Shown here one piece after another: positions 26,823-39,808 of a stretch of 64,000 nucleotides of DNA. The stretch comes from Prorocentrum cordatum (lineage: Eukaryota): NCBI GenBank assembly GCA_963575745.1, contig CAUYUJ010000092.1, forward strand, positions 1 through 64,000, written 5' to 3'. The notes below the pieces were generated by a model, which saw only the letters and a program-made list of their open reading frames with translations, had not been told where the DNA came from and searched no databases. How positions within the stretch are numbered: the stretch's first letter is position 1; each line of letters opens with the position of its first letter. The translations under genes were made by a program, and so were the position numbers.

Positions 26823-27230
26823 GGCACTGGTGATGGGGATGGGGCGTGTGAAGTCCCGCCCTCAGACCGCAACTCCACTGGCTCAGAGACGGCTGTCCAA
26901 AAGCCGAAACCATAACCCCCCGCCCGAAAATTATCCCGGCAAAGCAACCTAACAGCGATGTGTAGAAGCATAGCTCGAAACGTTGCCTGTGGCATTCATG
27001 TAAGAGTGCTGTTGTAGAATTATGGTGTTCTCGCAGTCGCATCCGGATTCGCAGTGGCAGTCGCAGTGGCAACATCAGCGGCAGTCGCAGTGGCACTGCC
27101 AGTAGTTGCAGTAGCAATAGCTGCACTAGCAGCAGCAACAGCAGCAGCAGCAGCAGTAATAGTAACAGTAGTAGTAGCAGTAAAAGTAGTAGTGATGGAA
27201 GTAGTGGTAACAGTGAAGTAGTAGTTGTAG

Positions 27231-27647
27231 TGGGTGGCGGCCGAGGTCTCGCACTTGCTGCATGAGCTCTTCGGTTTTGTCTCGCTTTTGCTGCATGAGC
27301 TCCTCGGTCTTCTGTTTCCGCTTGAGTTCCTCGGTCTCCGTCTGCTGATCAGCACAGCCCAGGGCCCGCAGTTCATGCAAAATGTCTTTGGGGATGCGGT
27401 CGCGATGGTCCGAGAAACGTTTGGCCAACTTGTTTTCGGCCCGTTCTTGTTCGGACGTTCCTTTATTTCGCTTCGGTATCCGGCCGAACTGCTTCACGTG
27501 CTCGACGAGCGTTTGCAGAGGACCGCTCAATGCAGCACGCTGAGGAGCAGCGCTGTTCCCTGCCGCAGGCTGAGGAGCACCGCTGTTCAATGCAGCAGGG
27601 TCAGGAGCACCGCCGCCAGACCGAGAACTATCAGCATGTCCTGGCAT
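27231..27647 (-). pseudogene. Truncated ORF with helicase-associated (HA)-like repeats, inside the Helentron-like unit
   Basis: LVEHVKQFGRIPKRNKGTSEQERAENKLAKRF and a second LMQQVRDLGRHP; protein-like composition; runs into a (TAC)-type microsatellite. Confidence 0.5.
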
Positions 27648-27983
27648 TAAGGTGCGCAGTAGGCGCTGCGCAGTTCCTTTGAAAGAAAATCTTCGAAAGC
27701 ATGGGACGCACATGGACATACTAATACTATATGTCCTCCTTGGAAGCGCGCGTCCGACCCGAATATGTAGTATACCCATATTGTAGTATATCGTTTCCCG
27801 AGCGGTGTGGCCAGAAAGCGCACGCCACGACGCATATACTATAAGATTTCTCGGTGCGCGCGTCGCCCCTGGGGGGCGACGCACATATAGTATAAGTATG
27901 TTGGGGTGTTGCCGAAAAGCAGGGCTATAGCCAAGAAGGCTACGGGGACGATGATGATGATGAAGATGATGAGTCTTGGACGT

Positions 27984-28375
27984 CTGGGAAGTGGAAGAGC
28001 ACGAAGTGGCGGACAGTTGGCTCCGGGCATTCAAAATGTGGCACGGGAGTGGAGTTCTGGGAAGTGGAAGAGCACGAATTGGCCTACAGTTGGCTCCGGG
28101 CATTCAAAATGTGGGCCAGGAATGGTGTTCTGGGAAATGGAAGAGCACGAAGTGACCTGTAGTTGGCTCCGGGCATTCAAAATGTGGCCCGGGAATGGAG
28201 TTCTGGGAAGTGGAAGAACACGAAGTGGCCTACAGTTGGCTCCGGGCATCCAAAATGTGGCCCGGGAATGGAGTTCTGGGAAGTCGAAGAGCACGAAGTG
28301 GCCCACAGTTGGCTCCGGGCATTCACAATGTGGCCCGGGAGTGGAGTTCTGGGAGGTCGACGAACACGAAGTGTG
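27984..28375. repeat. 73-bp tandem repeat, ~5.5 copies (second array at ~28773-29130)
   Basis: ctggga recurs at 27984, 28057, 28130, 28203, 28276 and 28349. Confidence 0.92.
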
Positions 28376-30349
28376 CGACTGTTTGCTTAAAACGAGCCCG
28401 GCCCCCGCCTGTCCGGCTCCCGCCCAGACCCCCCTGGGGAGTCATCACATGCTCTCTTTTGACCCCATTAGAAATAACCGATCAGTTATCGCTGTTAGGT
28501 AATTATCCCGGCAAAGCAACCTAACAGCGATGTGTAGAAGCATAAATGGAAACATTGCCTGTTCCTTGCCGCAGGCTGGGGAGCACCGCTGTTCAATGCA
28601 GCAGGGTCAGGAGCACCGCCGCCAGACCGAGAACTATCAGCATGTCCTGGCATTAAGGTGCGCAGTAGGCGGGCGCTGCGTAGTTCCTTTGAAAGGAAAT
28701 CTTCGAAAGCAGGGCTGTAGCCAAGAAGGCTACGGAGACGATGATGATGATGAAAATGATGAGTCTTGGAAGTCTGGGAAGTGGAAGAGCCACGAAGTGG
28801 CGGACAGTTGGCTCCGGGCATCCAAAATGTGGCACGGGAGTGGAGTTCTGGGAATTGGAAGAGCACGAAGTGGCCTACAGTTGGCTCCGGGCATTCAAAA
28901 TGTGGCCCGGGAATGGAGTTCTGGGAAGTCCAAAAGCACGAAGTGGCCTACAGTTGGCTCCGGGCATCCAAAATGTGGCCCGGGAATGACAGTTGGCTCC
29001 GGGCATCCAAAATGTGGCCCGGGAATGGAGTTCTGGGAAGTCCAAGCGCACGAAGTGGCCTACAGTTGGCTCCGGGCATTCAACATGTGGCCCGGGAATG
29101 GAGTTCTGGGAGGTCGAAGAGCACGAGGTGTGTGACTGTTTGCTTAAAACGAGCCCGGACCTCGCCTGTCCGGCTCCCGCCCAGACCCCCCTGGGGAGTC
29201 ATCAGATGCTCTCTTTTGACCCTATTAGAAACCTGTCAGTCTTCGCTGTTAGGTAAAAGCGCCAGTCCGTCCCAGCCCACAGAACACCGACGGGGCACTC
29301 CTGCAGGAGCACGGGTGACCCAGACCCTCATCCGTGGCCCGCGCCCACCACGACCAAGTCGAGATAAATAACCCAAGGGGCCATGACTTGAGCCTCCCTC
29401 CAACTCACAGCTTGACCAGCGCCACGAGGACGACAGCCCGTGGAGGACGGTGAGGGTCCGCTGCCAGCCGACCGCCCCTGCCCCGGTGAGCGGACACCTG
29501 GGCCGGCAACTCGAACGAATGCTGCGCCAGCTGCTCCTGGGAGATGGCTTCTAACGTGCGATCCCGCCGACGGGGCTTCTGATACTGCCAACGGGGCTTT
29601 GGAAAGCAGGCACCCGTGCTGCTCGATCCTGCTACGGGGTTCCCGCTTCTGGCGAGAAGTTTCCTGCGCCGACCCTTCTCGCAGCACGTCGGCCCAGAAC
29701 CGCCCGACCCACCGAGCCCCTGGAGCGTGGGCTCCATCGCGCTCTCTGCTCCGGCTTGGACGGCCCTGTGCGGCTTCTGCACCAGGCTTGGCGCTGCCGC
29801 CGGCAGAGCAGCTCAGACCTTCTCTGCAATCAGCGCGTCTTGGGTAAGTGGCCATGCGCCTCACAGCGCCGAAGGACGCCAAGCGCTTGGCCGGATCAGG
29901 CGACAACGCACACAAGGTGCGCCGTACCTCTTCTGAGAATGCCTTCCTGCCGAGGCTCAGGGTGCCCCCCGGCCCCCCGCGACTTTCAGCGCCTGCTGGA
30001 ATCTGGCCAACAGCTCGTGGGGCAGACCCGCGCCACCACCGCCGCCGCCGAGCTGCTGCGTGAGCCTCCTCAGGGGAAGCCACGCGCGCCGCGCACATCC
30101 CGTGCCGCACAGTGATGCCGCGCCCACGCAGCTTCGCAAGAGGGGATGCTCCTGTAGGCGTGCAAGCACAAAACAAGGTAATGCACCGTACGAAGGCAGT
30201 GCGGTATGCGGACGATACGGTGCAAGTATTGAGCCCCACGTACACGGTACACGGTACGGATACTCCCGCTCCTCCCACTCCCCTCTCCCTCCCCCTCAAC
30301 CTCCTCCTCCTCCTCCTCCTCCTCCTGCTGCTCCTCCTCCTCCTCCTGA

Positions 30350-30415
30350 TGCTCATTATCATCTTCATCCTCCTCCTCCTCATGCAACTCCTCCTCCTCC
30401 TCCTCCTCATCCTTC

Positions 30416-30499
<84 letters not shown>

Positions 30500-30674
30500 G
30501 CATCAGCATCAGCATCATCAGCATCAGCATCATCAGCATCATCATCATCACCATCATCAGCATCATCATCATCATTATCATCATCATCATCCTCACCATC
30601 ATCAGCATCATCAGCATCATCCTCATCAGCATCAGCATCAGCATCAGCATCAGCATCAGCATCAGCATCACCAG

Positions 30675-30711
<37 letters not shown>

Positions 30712-32249
30712 GTCATCATCATCATAATCAGCAGCATCATCAGCATTATCAGCATCATCAGTAGCATCAGCAGCAGCATCAGCATCATCAGCATCATCAG
30801 CATCATCATCATAATCATCATCATCCTCATCCTCATCCTCATCATCATCACCAGCATCATCATCATCGCCATCACCATCATCCTCATCCTCATCCTCATC
30901 CTCATCCTCATCTTCATCATTATCATCAGCATCATCATCACCATCATCATCATCATCCTGATCATCATCATTTTCATCCTCATTCTCATCATCCTCATCC
31001 TCATCCTCATCCTCCTCCTCCTCATCATTATCAGCAGCAAAATCATCATCATCAGCATCATCATCATCAACATCATCATCATCATCAGCATCATCATCAT
31101 CGTCAGCATCATCAGCATCAGCATCAGCATCATCATCAGCATTATCAGCATCAGCGTCAGCATCATCATCATCATCATCATCATCAGAAGCACCAGCATC
31201 ATCATCATCGTCGTCATCAGCATCAGCCGCATCATCAGCATCATCAGCATCATCAGCAGCATCATCAGCATCATCAGCAGCATCAGCATCAGCATCAGCA
31301 TCAGCATAATCATCATCATCATCATCATCATCAGCATCAGCATCAGCATCAGAAGCATCATCAGCATCATCATCAGCATCAGCATCAGCATCAGCATCAG
31401 CATCAGCATCAGCATCATCATCGTCAACATTATCATTATCAGCACCATCAGCACCATCAGCATCATCAGCATCAGCATCATCATCATCAGCATCATCAGC
31501 ATCAGCATCAGCGCCAGCATCAGCAGCATCAGCATCAGCATCAGCATCAGCATCATCATCAGCAGCAGCATCATCATCAACAACATAATCAGCATCATCA
31601 GCATCATCATCTGCATCAGCATGAGCATCAGCATCAGCATCAGCATCATCATCATCGTCAGCATCAGCATCAGCATCAACAGCATCAGCATCAGCATCAG
31701 CATCAGCAACATCATCTTCATCCTCATCCTCATCCCCTTCCTCATCATCACAATCATCTTCATCAGCATCATCATAATCAGCAACATCATCAGCATCATC
31801 AGCAGCATGAGCATCAGCATCAGCATCAGCATCATCAGCAGCAACAGCATCTGCATCAGCATCAGCGTCAACATCAGCAACATCATCTCTATCCTCATCC
31901 TCATCCTCATCCTCATCCTCATCACCATCGTCATCCTCGTCGTCATCATCATCATCATCACCAGCAGCAGCAGCAGCGGCATCATCAGCATCATCAGCAG
32001 CATCAGCATCAGCATCAGCATCCTCAGCATCAGCATCAGCATCAGCATCATCAGCATCAGCATCAGCATCAGCATCAGCAACATCATCCTCATCCTCATC
32101 CTCATCCTCATCCTCATCCTCATCCTCATCCTCATCCTTATCAGCAGCAGCAGCAGCAGCATCAGCATCAGAATCAGGATCAGCAGCATCATTAGCATCA
32201 TCAGCAGCATCAGCAGCATCAGCATCAGCATCAGCATCATCAGCATCAG

Positions 32250-32290
<41 letters not shown>

Positions 32291-33114
32291 GCATCGTCGA
32301 CATTATCATCATCAGCATGATCAGCATCCGCATCAGCATCAGCAGCATCAGCATCAGCGTCATCATCATCATCAGCATCATCATCATCATCAGCATCATG
32401 AGCATCAGCACCAGCGTCAGCATCAGCAGCATAACTAAGCATCAGCATCATCATCATCATCCTCATCCTCATCTTCATCATCATCGTCATCAGCATCAGC
32501 ATCATCATATTCAGCAGCATCATCAGCATCATCAGCAGCGTCAGCATCAGTATCAGCATCATAATCATCAGCATCAGCATCAGCATCAGCATCAGCATCA
32601 GCATCAGCAACAACAACTTCATCCTCATCCTAATCCTCATCCTCATCCTCGTCCTCATCATCATCAGAATCAGCATCATCATCATCATCAGCAGCAGCAG
32701 CATCAACATCAGCATCACAGCATCGGCATCCGCATCATCAGCATCAGCATCAGCATCAGCAGCATCATCTTCATCCTCATCCTCATCCTCATCCTCGTCC
32801 TCATCCCCATCTTCATCATCATCCTCATCCTCATCATAATCATCATTATCGTCAGCAGAGTCATCAGCATCAGAAGCATCAGCATCAGCAGCAGCATCAT
32901 CATCAGCATCAGCATCAGCATCAGCATCATCAGCATCAGCATCAACAACATCAACCTCATCCACATCCTCATCCTCATCCGTCAGCCTCATCCTCATCAT
33001 GCTCATCCTCATCCTCATCCTCAGCCTCATCCTCATCATCATCATCATCATCCGCACCCTCATCCTCATACTCATCATCATCCTCATCCGCATCCTCATC
33101 ATCCTCAGCAGGAG

Positions 33115-33149
<35 letters not shown>

Positions 33150-33336
33150 GCATCAGCATCAGCATCAGCAGCATCAGCATCAGCATCAGCATCAGCAACA
33201 TCAGCATCATCAGCATCATCAGCATCAGCATCAGCAGCATCAGCATCAGCAGCATCAGCATCAGCATCAGCATCATCAGCATCATCAGCATCAGCATCAG
33301 CATCAGCATCATCAGCATTAGCATCAGCATCCTCAT

Positions 33337-33367
<31 letters not shown>

Positions 33368-36300
33368 ATCTGCATCAGCATCAGCGTCAGCATCACAAGC
33401 ATCAGCATTTGCATCAGCATTTGCACAGCATCATGATCATCATCATCAGCATCATCATCAATCATCAGTATCATCAGCATCATCATCAGCGTCATCATCA
33501 TCATGATGAGCATCAGCATCAGCATCATCAGCATCAGCATCATCAGCACCATCAGCATCAGCATCATCAGCATCAGCACCAGCAGCATCAGCATCAGCAT
33601 CAGCATCAGCATCAGCATCAACATCACCATCTTCATCCTCATCCTCATCCTCATCCCCATGATCCGCATCCTCATTATCATCAGCAGCATCATCATCAGC
33701 AGCATCAGCATCTGCAGCATCAGCATCAGCATCATCAGCATCAGCATCATCATCATCATCAGCATCGGCATCCTCATCCTCATCCTCATCCTCATCCGCA
33801 TCCTCATCCTCATCCTCATCCTCATCCTCATCCTCATCAGCATCCTCATCCTCATCCTCATCATCATCATCAGCAGCAGCATCAGCATCATCATCATCAT
33901 CAGCAGCATCAGCATCAGCATCAGCATCAGCAGCATCAGCATCATCAGCAGCATCAGCATCAGCATCAGCATCAGCAGCACCATCATCATCAGCATCGGC
34001 ATCAGCAGAATCATCAGCATCATCAGCAGCATCAGCATCACCAGCATCATCAGCAGCATCATCAGCAGCAGCATCAGCATCAGCATCAGCAGCATCAGCA
34101 TCAGCATCAGCATCAGCATCAGAATCATCATCATCAGCATCAACATCATCAACATCAGCATCAGCATCAGCATCCGCAACTTCATCCTCATCCTCATCCT
34201 CATCCTCATCAGCATCCTCATCCTCATCCTCATCATCCTCAGCCTCCTCATCATCATCATCAGCATCATCATCATCCTCATCATAATCATCATCAGCATC
34301 AGCCGCATCATCAGCATCATCAGCATCATCAACAGCATCAGCAGCATTAGCCGCATCATCAGCAGCATCAGCATCAGCATCAGCATCAGCATCATCATCA
34401 GCATCAGCAGCATCAGCAGCATCATCAGCAGCATCAGCATCAGCATCAGCATCAGCAACATCATCCTCATCCTCATCCTCATCCTCATCCTCATCAGCAT
34501 CCTCATCATCATCAGCATCAGCATCATCAGCATCATGATCATCATCATAATCAGCAGCATCATCAGCATCATCAGCATCATCAGCAGCATCAGCAACATC
34601 ATCCTAATCCGCATCCTCATCCTCATCCGCATCCTCATCCTCATCCTCATCCTCATCATCATCCTCATCAGCAGCAGCAGCATCATCATCAGCAGCATCA
34701 GCATCAGCATCAGCATCATCAGCATCATCTTCATCAGCATCAGCATCAGCATCAGCATCAGCATCAGCAGCATCATCAGCATCATCAGCAGCATCAGCAT
34801 CAGCATCATCATCAGCCTCATCATCAGCATCAGCATCAGCAGCAGCATCAGCATCATCAGCAACATCAACATCAGCAGCATCAGCAGTTTCATCAGCATC
34901 AGCATCATCAGCAGCATCATCATCAGCATCAGCATCATCAGCATCAGCATCAGCATCATCAGCATCAGCAGCAGCATCAGCATCAGCAACATCATCCTCA
35001 TCCTCATCATGATCCTCATCCTCATCCTCATCCGCATCGTCATCATCATCCTCATCCTCATCCTCATCCTCATCCTCATCCTCATCATCAGCAGCATCAG
35101 CATCAGCAGCATCATGAGCATGATCAGCATCATGAGCAGCATCAGCAGCAGCATCATCATCATCAGCATCAGCATCAGCATCAGCATCAGCATTCATCAT
35201 CATCATCAGCATCATCAGCATCATCAGCATCACCAGCATCATCAGCATCACCAGCAGCATCAGAATCAGCATCAGCATCAGCAACATCATCTTCATCCTC
35301 ATCCTCATCCTCATCCTCATCCACATCCTCATCACCATCATCATCATCAGCATCATCAGCATCAGCATCAGCATCAGCATCATCATCATCATAATCAGCA
35401 GAAGCATCAACATCCTCAGCAGCATCCGCATCAGCATCATCAGCATCAGCATCAGCATCAGCATCAGCATCATCGACATCAGCATCAGCATCAGCAACAT
35501 CATCGTCAATCCTCATCCTCATCCTCATCCGCATTCTCATCATTATCCTCATCCGCATCCTCATCATCATCATCAGCATCCTCATCAACAGCAGCATCAT
35601 CATCTGCAGCATCAGCATCAGCATCAGCATCAGCAACATCAGCATCAGCACCAGCGTCATCAGCATCATCATCAGCAGCGTCATCAGCAGCATCAGCACC
35701 AGAATCAGCATCAGCATCAGCATCAGCAACATCATCCTCATCCTCATCCGCATCCTCATCCTCATCCTCATCCTCGTCCTCGTCCTCATCCTCATCATCA
35801 GCAGCATCAGCATCATCATCAGCATCAGCATCATCATCAGCACCAGCATCAGCATCAGCATCGGCATCAGCATCAGCATCAGCAACATCATCCTCATCCT
35901 CATCCTCATCCTCATCATCAGCATCATCATCATCATCATCATCATCATCAGCATCAGCATCAGCAGCATCATCAACATCATCAGCATCATCAGCAGCATC
36001 AGCATCAGCATCAGCATCAGCAACACCATCTTCATCTTCATCCTCATCCTCATCCTCATCACCATCAACATCAGCATCATCATTATCATCATCAGCATCA
36101 GCATCATCATCATCAACAGCAGCATCAACATCCTCAGCAGCATCAGCATCAGCATCAGCATCATCAGCATCAGCATCAGCAGCACCGGCATCATCATCAT
36201 CATCATCATCATCATCAGCAGCATCATCTTCATCGTCATCCACATCCGCATCCTCATCCTCATCCTCATCCTCATCATCATCCTCATCATCATCAGCAGC

Positions 36301-36748
36301 AGCATCATCATCATCATCTGCAGCATCAGCATCGGCGTCATCAGCATCAGCATCAGCATCAACATCAGCAACATAATCCTCATCCTCATCCGCATCCTCA
36401 TCCTCATCCTCATCCTCATCGCAAGAATCAGCATCAGCATCAGCATCAGCATCAGCATCAGCAACATCAGCATCAGCATCAGCATCAGCATCAGCATCAG
36501 CAACATCATCCGCATCCTCATCATCATCCTCATCCTCATCCTCATCCTCATCCTCATCATCAGCAGCATCCTCATCATCAGCATCGGCATCCGCATCAGC
36601 ATCAGCATCAGCATCAGCATCCGCATCATCATCCTCATCCTCATCCTCATCTTCATCAGCATCAGCATCAGCATCAGCAGCATCAGCAGCAGCAGCAGCT
36701 TCATCAGCAGCATCAGCTTCATCCACATCCGCATCCTCATCCTCATCC

Positions 36749-36779
<31 letters not shown>

Positions 36780-37049
36780 CATCATCACCACCATCATCAT
36801 CATCAGCAGTATCAGCATCAGCATTATCATCAGCATAATCAGCAGCAGCATCAACATCCTCAGCAGCATCAGCATCATCAGCATCATCTTCATCAGCATC
36901 AGCATCAGCATCATCAGCATCAGCATCAGCAACATCATCGTCATCCTCATCCTCATCCTCATCCGCATCCTGATCCAAATCCGCATCCTCATCATCATCC
37001 TCATCATCATCCTCATCATCATCATCATCATCATCATCAGCAGCATCAG

Positions 37050-37098
<49 letters not shown>

Positions 37099-37659
37099 TG
37101 CAGCATCAGCATCAGCATCAGCAGCATCAGCATCAGCAGCATCAGCATCAGCATCAGCAGCATCAGCAGCAGCAGCAGCATCAGCATCAGCATCAGCAAC
37201 ATCATCCTCATCCTCATCCTCATCCTCATCCTCATCCTCATCCTCATCGCAATCATCAGCACCAGCATCAGCATCAACATCAGCATCATCAGCACCATCA
37301 GCATCAGCATCAGCATCAGCATCAGCATCAACATAAGCAACATCATCCTCATCCTCATCCGCATCCTCATCCTCATCCTCATGCTCATCCTCATCCTCAT
37401 CCTCATCATCAGAAGCATCCTCATCATCAGCATCAGCATCAGCATCAACATCATCAGCAACATCATCATCAGCAGCATCAGCATCAGCGTCAGCATCAGC
37501 AACATCATCCTCATCCTCATCCTCATCCTCATCTTCATCCAGCATCAGCATCAGCGTCAGCGTCATCAGCATCATCAGCAGCGTCCGCATCAGCATCAGC
37601 ATCAGCAACATCATATTCATCCTCATCCTCATCCTCATCCTCATCACCATCACCATCAC

Positions 37660-37694
<35 letters not shown>

Positions 37695-37880
37695 ACAGCA
37701 GCAGCATCAGCATCAGCGTCAGCATCATCATCATCAGCATCAGCAGCATAATCAGCATCATCAGCAGCATCAGCATCATCAGCAGCAGCATCAGCATCAG
37801 CGTCAGCATCATAATCATCAGCATCAGCAGCATAATCAGCATCATCAGCAGCATCAGCATCATCAGCAGCAGCATCATCC
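30350..37880. repeat. ~7.5-kb compound trinucleotide array of (CAT)n, (CATCAG)n and (CATCCT)n
   Basis: Direct reading; source of the poly-M/D/H/I/S pseudo-ORFs. Confidence 0.97.
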
Positions 37881-37957
37881 TCGCGCGAGGAGCGCCCCGC
37901 GAGGAGCGCCCGCGGCCGCTGCGCTCTCAGATGCTCAAACGGGGGCCCGCGGCGCGC

Positions 37958-38046
37958 CTCCAGAGCCGCCCTGTAGTCCTCCAGGCTGGTTTCCAGCTGC
38001 CTCGACCACTCGGTCAGCCAGGCCTTCGCCTTGGGCACGTATCCGC
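37958..38046 (-). CDS. Putative micro-exon of a host gene (GYVPKAKAWLTEWSRQLETSLEDYRAALE)
   Basis: Island of complex sequence between microsatellites; AG|G acceptor, GAG|GC donor; strong GC3 bias. Confidence 0.6.
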
Positions 38047-39777
38047 CTCCTCCTCCTGCTCCTCCGCCCTCCTCCTCCTCCTCCTCCTCCTCCTCCTCCT
38101 CCTCCTCTTCCTCCCTCCGCCTCCTCCTCCTCCTCCTCCTCCTCCTCATCCTCATCCTCCTCCTCCTCCTCCTCCTCCTCCTCCTCCCCCTCTCCCTCCC
38201 CCTCCCCCTCCTCCTCTTCTTCTTAGTATTATTAGTATTATTATGCTTATGCTTATTAGTAATATTATTATTATCATCCTCCTTATTTTTATTATCAGTA
38301 GTAGTATTATTAGTATTGTTATTAATAATATTAGTATTAGTAGCATTATTATTCGTATTATTGTTATGATCCGTCTTCTCATTAGTATTCTTATGATCAG
38401 TATTCGTATTATTATTCTTATTCGTGTTGCGATTATTCGTATTAGTATCATTATTAATATCATTAGTATTATTATGATTGGTATGGTTATCATTATTAAC
38501 AATTGTCTTCCTCCTCCTCCTCCTCCTTTTCCTCCTCCTCCTCATCCTCCTCCTCCTCTCTCCCCTCCCCCTCCTCCTCGTTCCCCCGTTCCTCCTCCTG
38601 GGATCTGGGATCTGGCGGCGGTGGAGTCGTTCAGACGCAGCCATCACCCCCGCTCAGGGGATGTTGCCCACGGGGGGGTGATCAAGCTAGTATATATGTA
38701 AGGCAACAGCGGACAAGACAAGATGGCACCCCCAGAGGCGGGGCAACATGTCCCCTTGCGCCCGGGGGGCGAGGGAAGGAGGAAGGGAGGCACCAGATCA
38801 TAGCCGAAAAACAATGAGGAGTGGCGACAGCGCGGGTGGCAACTTGCGATTTGAGTTTAGCAAGCGTGGCCGGGGCCACACTCGCCAAAGGTAGGATGGG
38901 GCAAGGGTGCCTCCCCTCACCTATAAGGGATACCAGGAAAGACGATCCCCAGTCGAGGCCAGGAACCCTGACTGGCCGAGGTGCGGGCCATCCAGGGGCC
39001 CCCACTGGGTCAGCGTAAGCGCGTAAGTTTTCTCCACCGCCCACGATCCCACCCCATCCTTCGATACCCCCATCGTAGAGCGGCAGCGGCGGCGAGGCAG
39101 CGGGGCTGGCCGCGGCCGCCCTAGCAGCGGGGCTGGCCGCGGCCGCCCTAACCTATGCCAAAGCGGCCGTCGGCGTTCTCGTTGACTGAGTTATCGTGGC
39201 GGCTGGGAAAAGGAGCGCACATGAAAGAGGTTAGGAGCTGCAGGAGAGTCTGGAGCTGGCGTAGCGAGCTGCGCGCTGGCACGCGAGAGTGCGCTGAGGC
39301 CCACGTGCAGCGTGCTTAGTGCAGCTGTGAAGTCAAAGAGGTGCGCGGCCCCCATGGGTGTGCTCCTTGGTCGCCCTGGTCTTTACAGGACGGAATGGGT
39401 GGCACAGGATACGTAGTGGGAGCCGATATGATGCGAGCTTGGAGAAACTGTACTCCTCCTCCTCCTCCTCCTCCTCCTCCTCCTCCTCCTCCTCCTCCTC
39501 CTCCTCCTCCCCCTGCTGCGCCTCTGGTGGGGATAGGAACAGTGCCGTCGGGCAGCCCAGGCGGCACGTCACGCTCGGCTCGCGCGTGCGCCTCCAGTAG
39601 GGAGACTTGATCGACAGCATGCCTTCGAAGCACACTCGGATCCTGTTTTCCAACGTACTGATGTCCGATGCGAGTCAACGTTTGCAGAGGGCTCGATTTC
39701 GTTCTTGGCACAGAGCCCCATGGTCTAGCTCAGGTCAGCTCAGCTCCTCCCCTGCCCTTCCTCCTCCTCCTCCTCCT

Positions 39778-39808
<31 letters not shown>

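Larger units (their letters stand above)
26929..29256 (-). mobile_element. Head-to-tail dimer of a Helentron/Helitron2-like non-autonomous element (units 26929-28500 and 28501-29256)
   Basis: Asymmetric inverted repeats ACCTAACAGCGA (26947, 28519) and TCGCTGTTAGGT (28489, 29243); identical 18-bp end AATTATCCCGGCAAAGCA; A/T-run flanks; internal 73-bp tandem repeats; unit 2 has internal deletions. Confidence 0.65.

Noticed and set aside
27984..29130. CRISPR-like appearance of the 73-bp arrays
   Set aside because: The whole unit is repeated with no unique spacers; no cas genes; eukaryotic context
29328..38647. Giant poly-M/D/H/I/S ORFs
   Set aside because: Translations of stop-free triplet repeats, open in several frames on both strands
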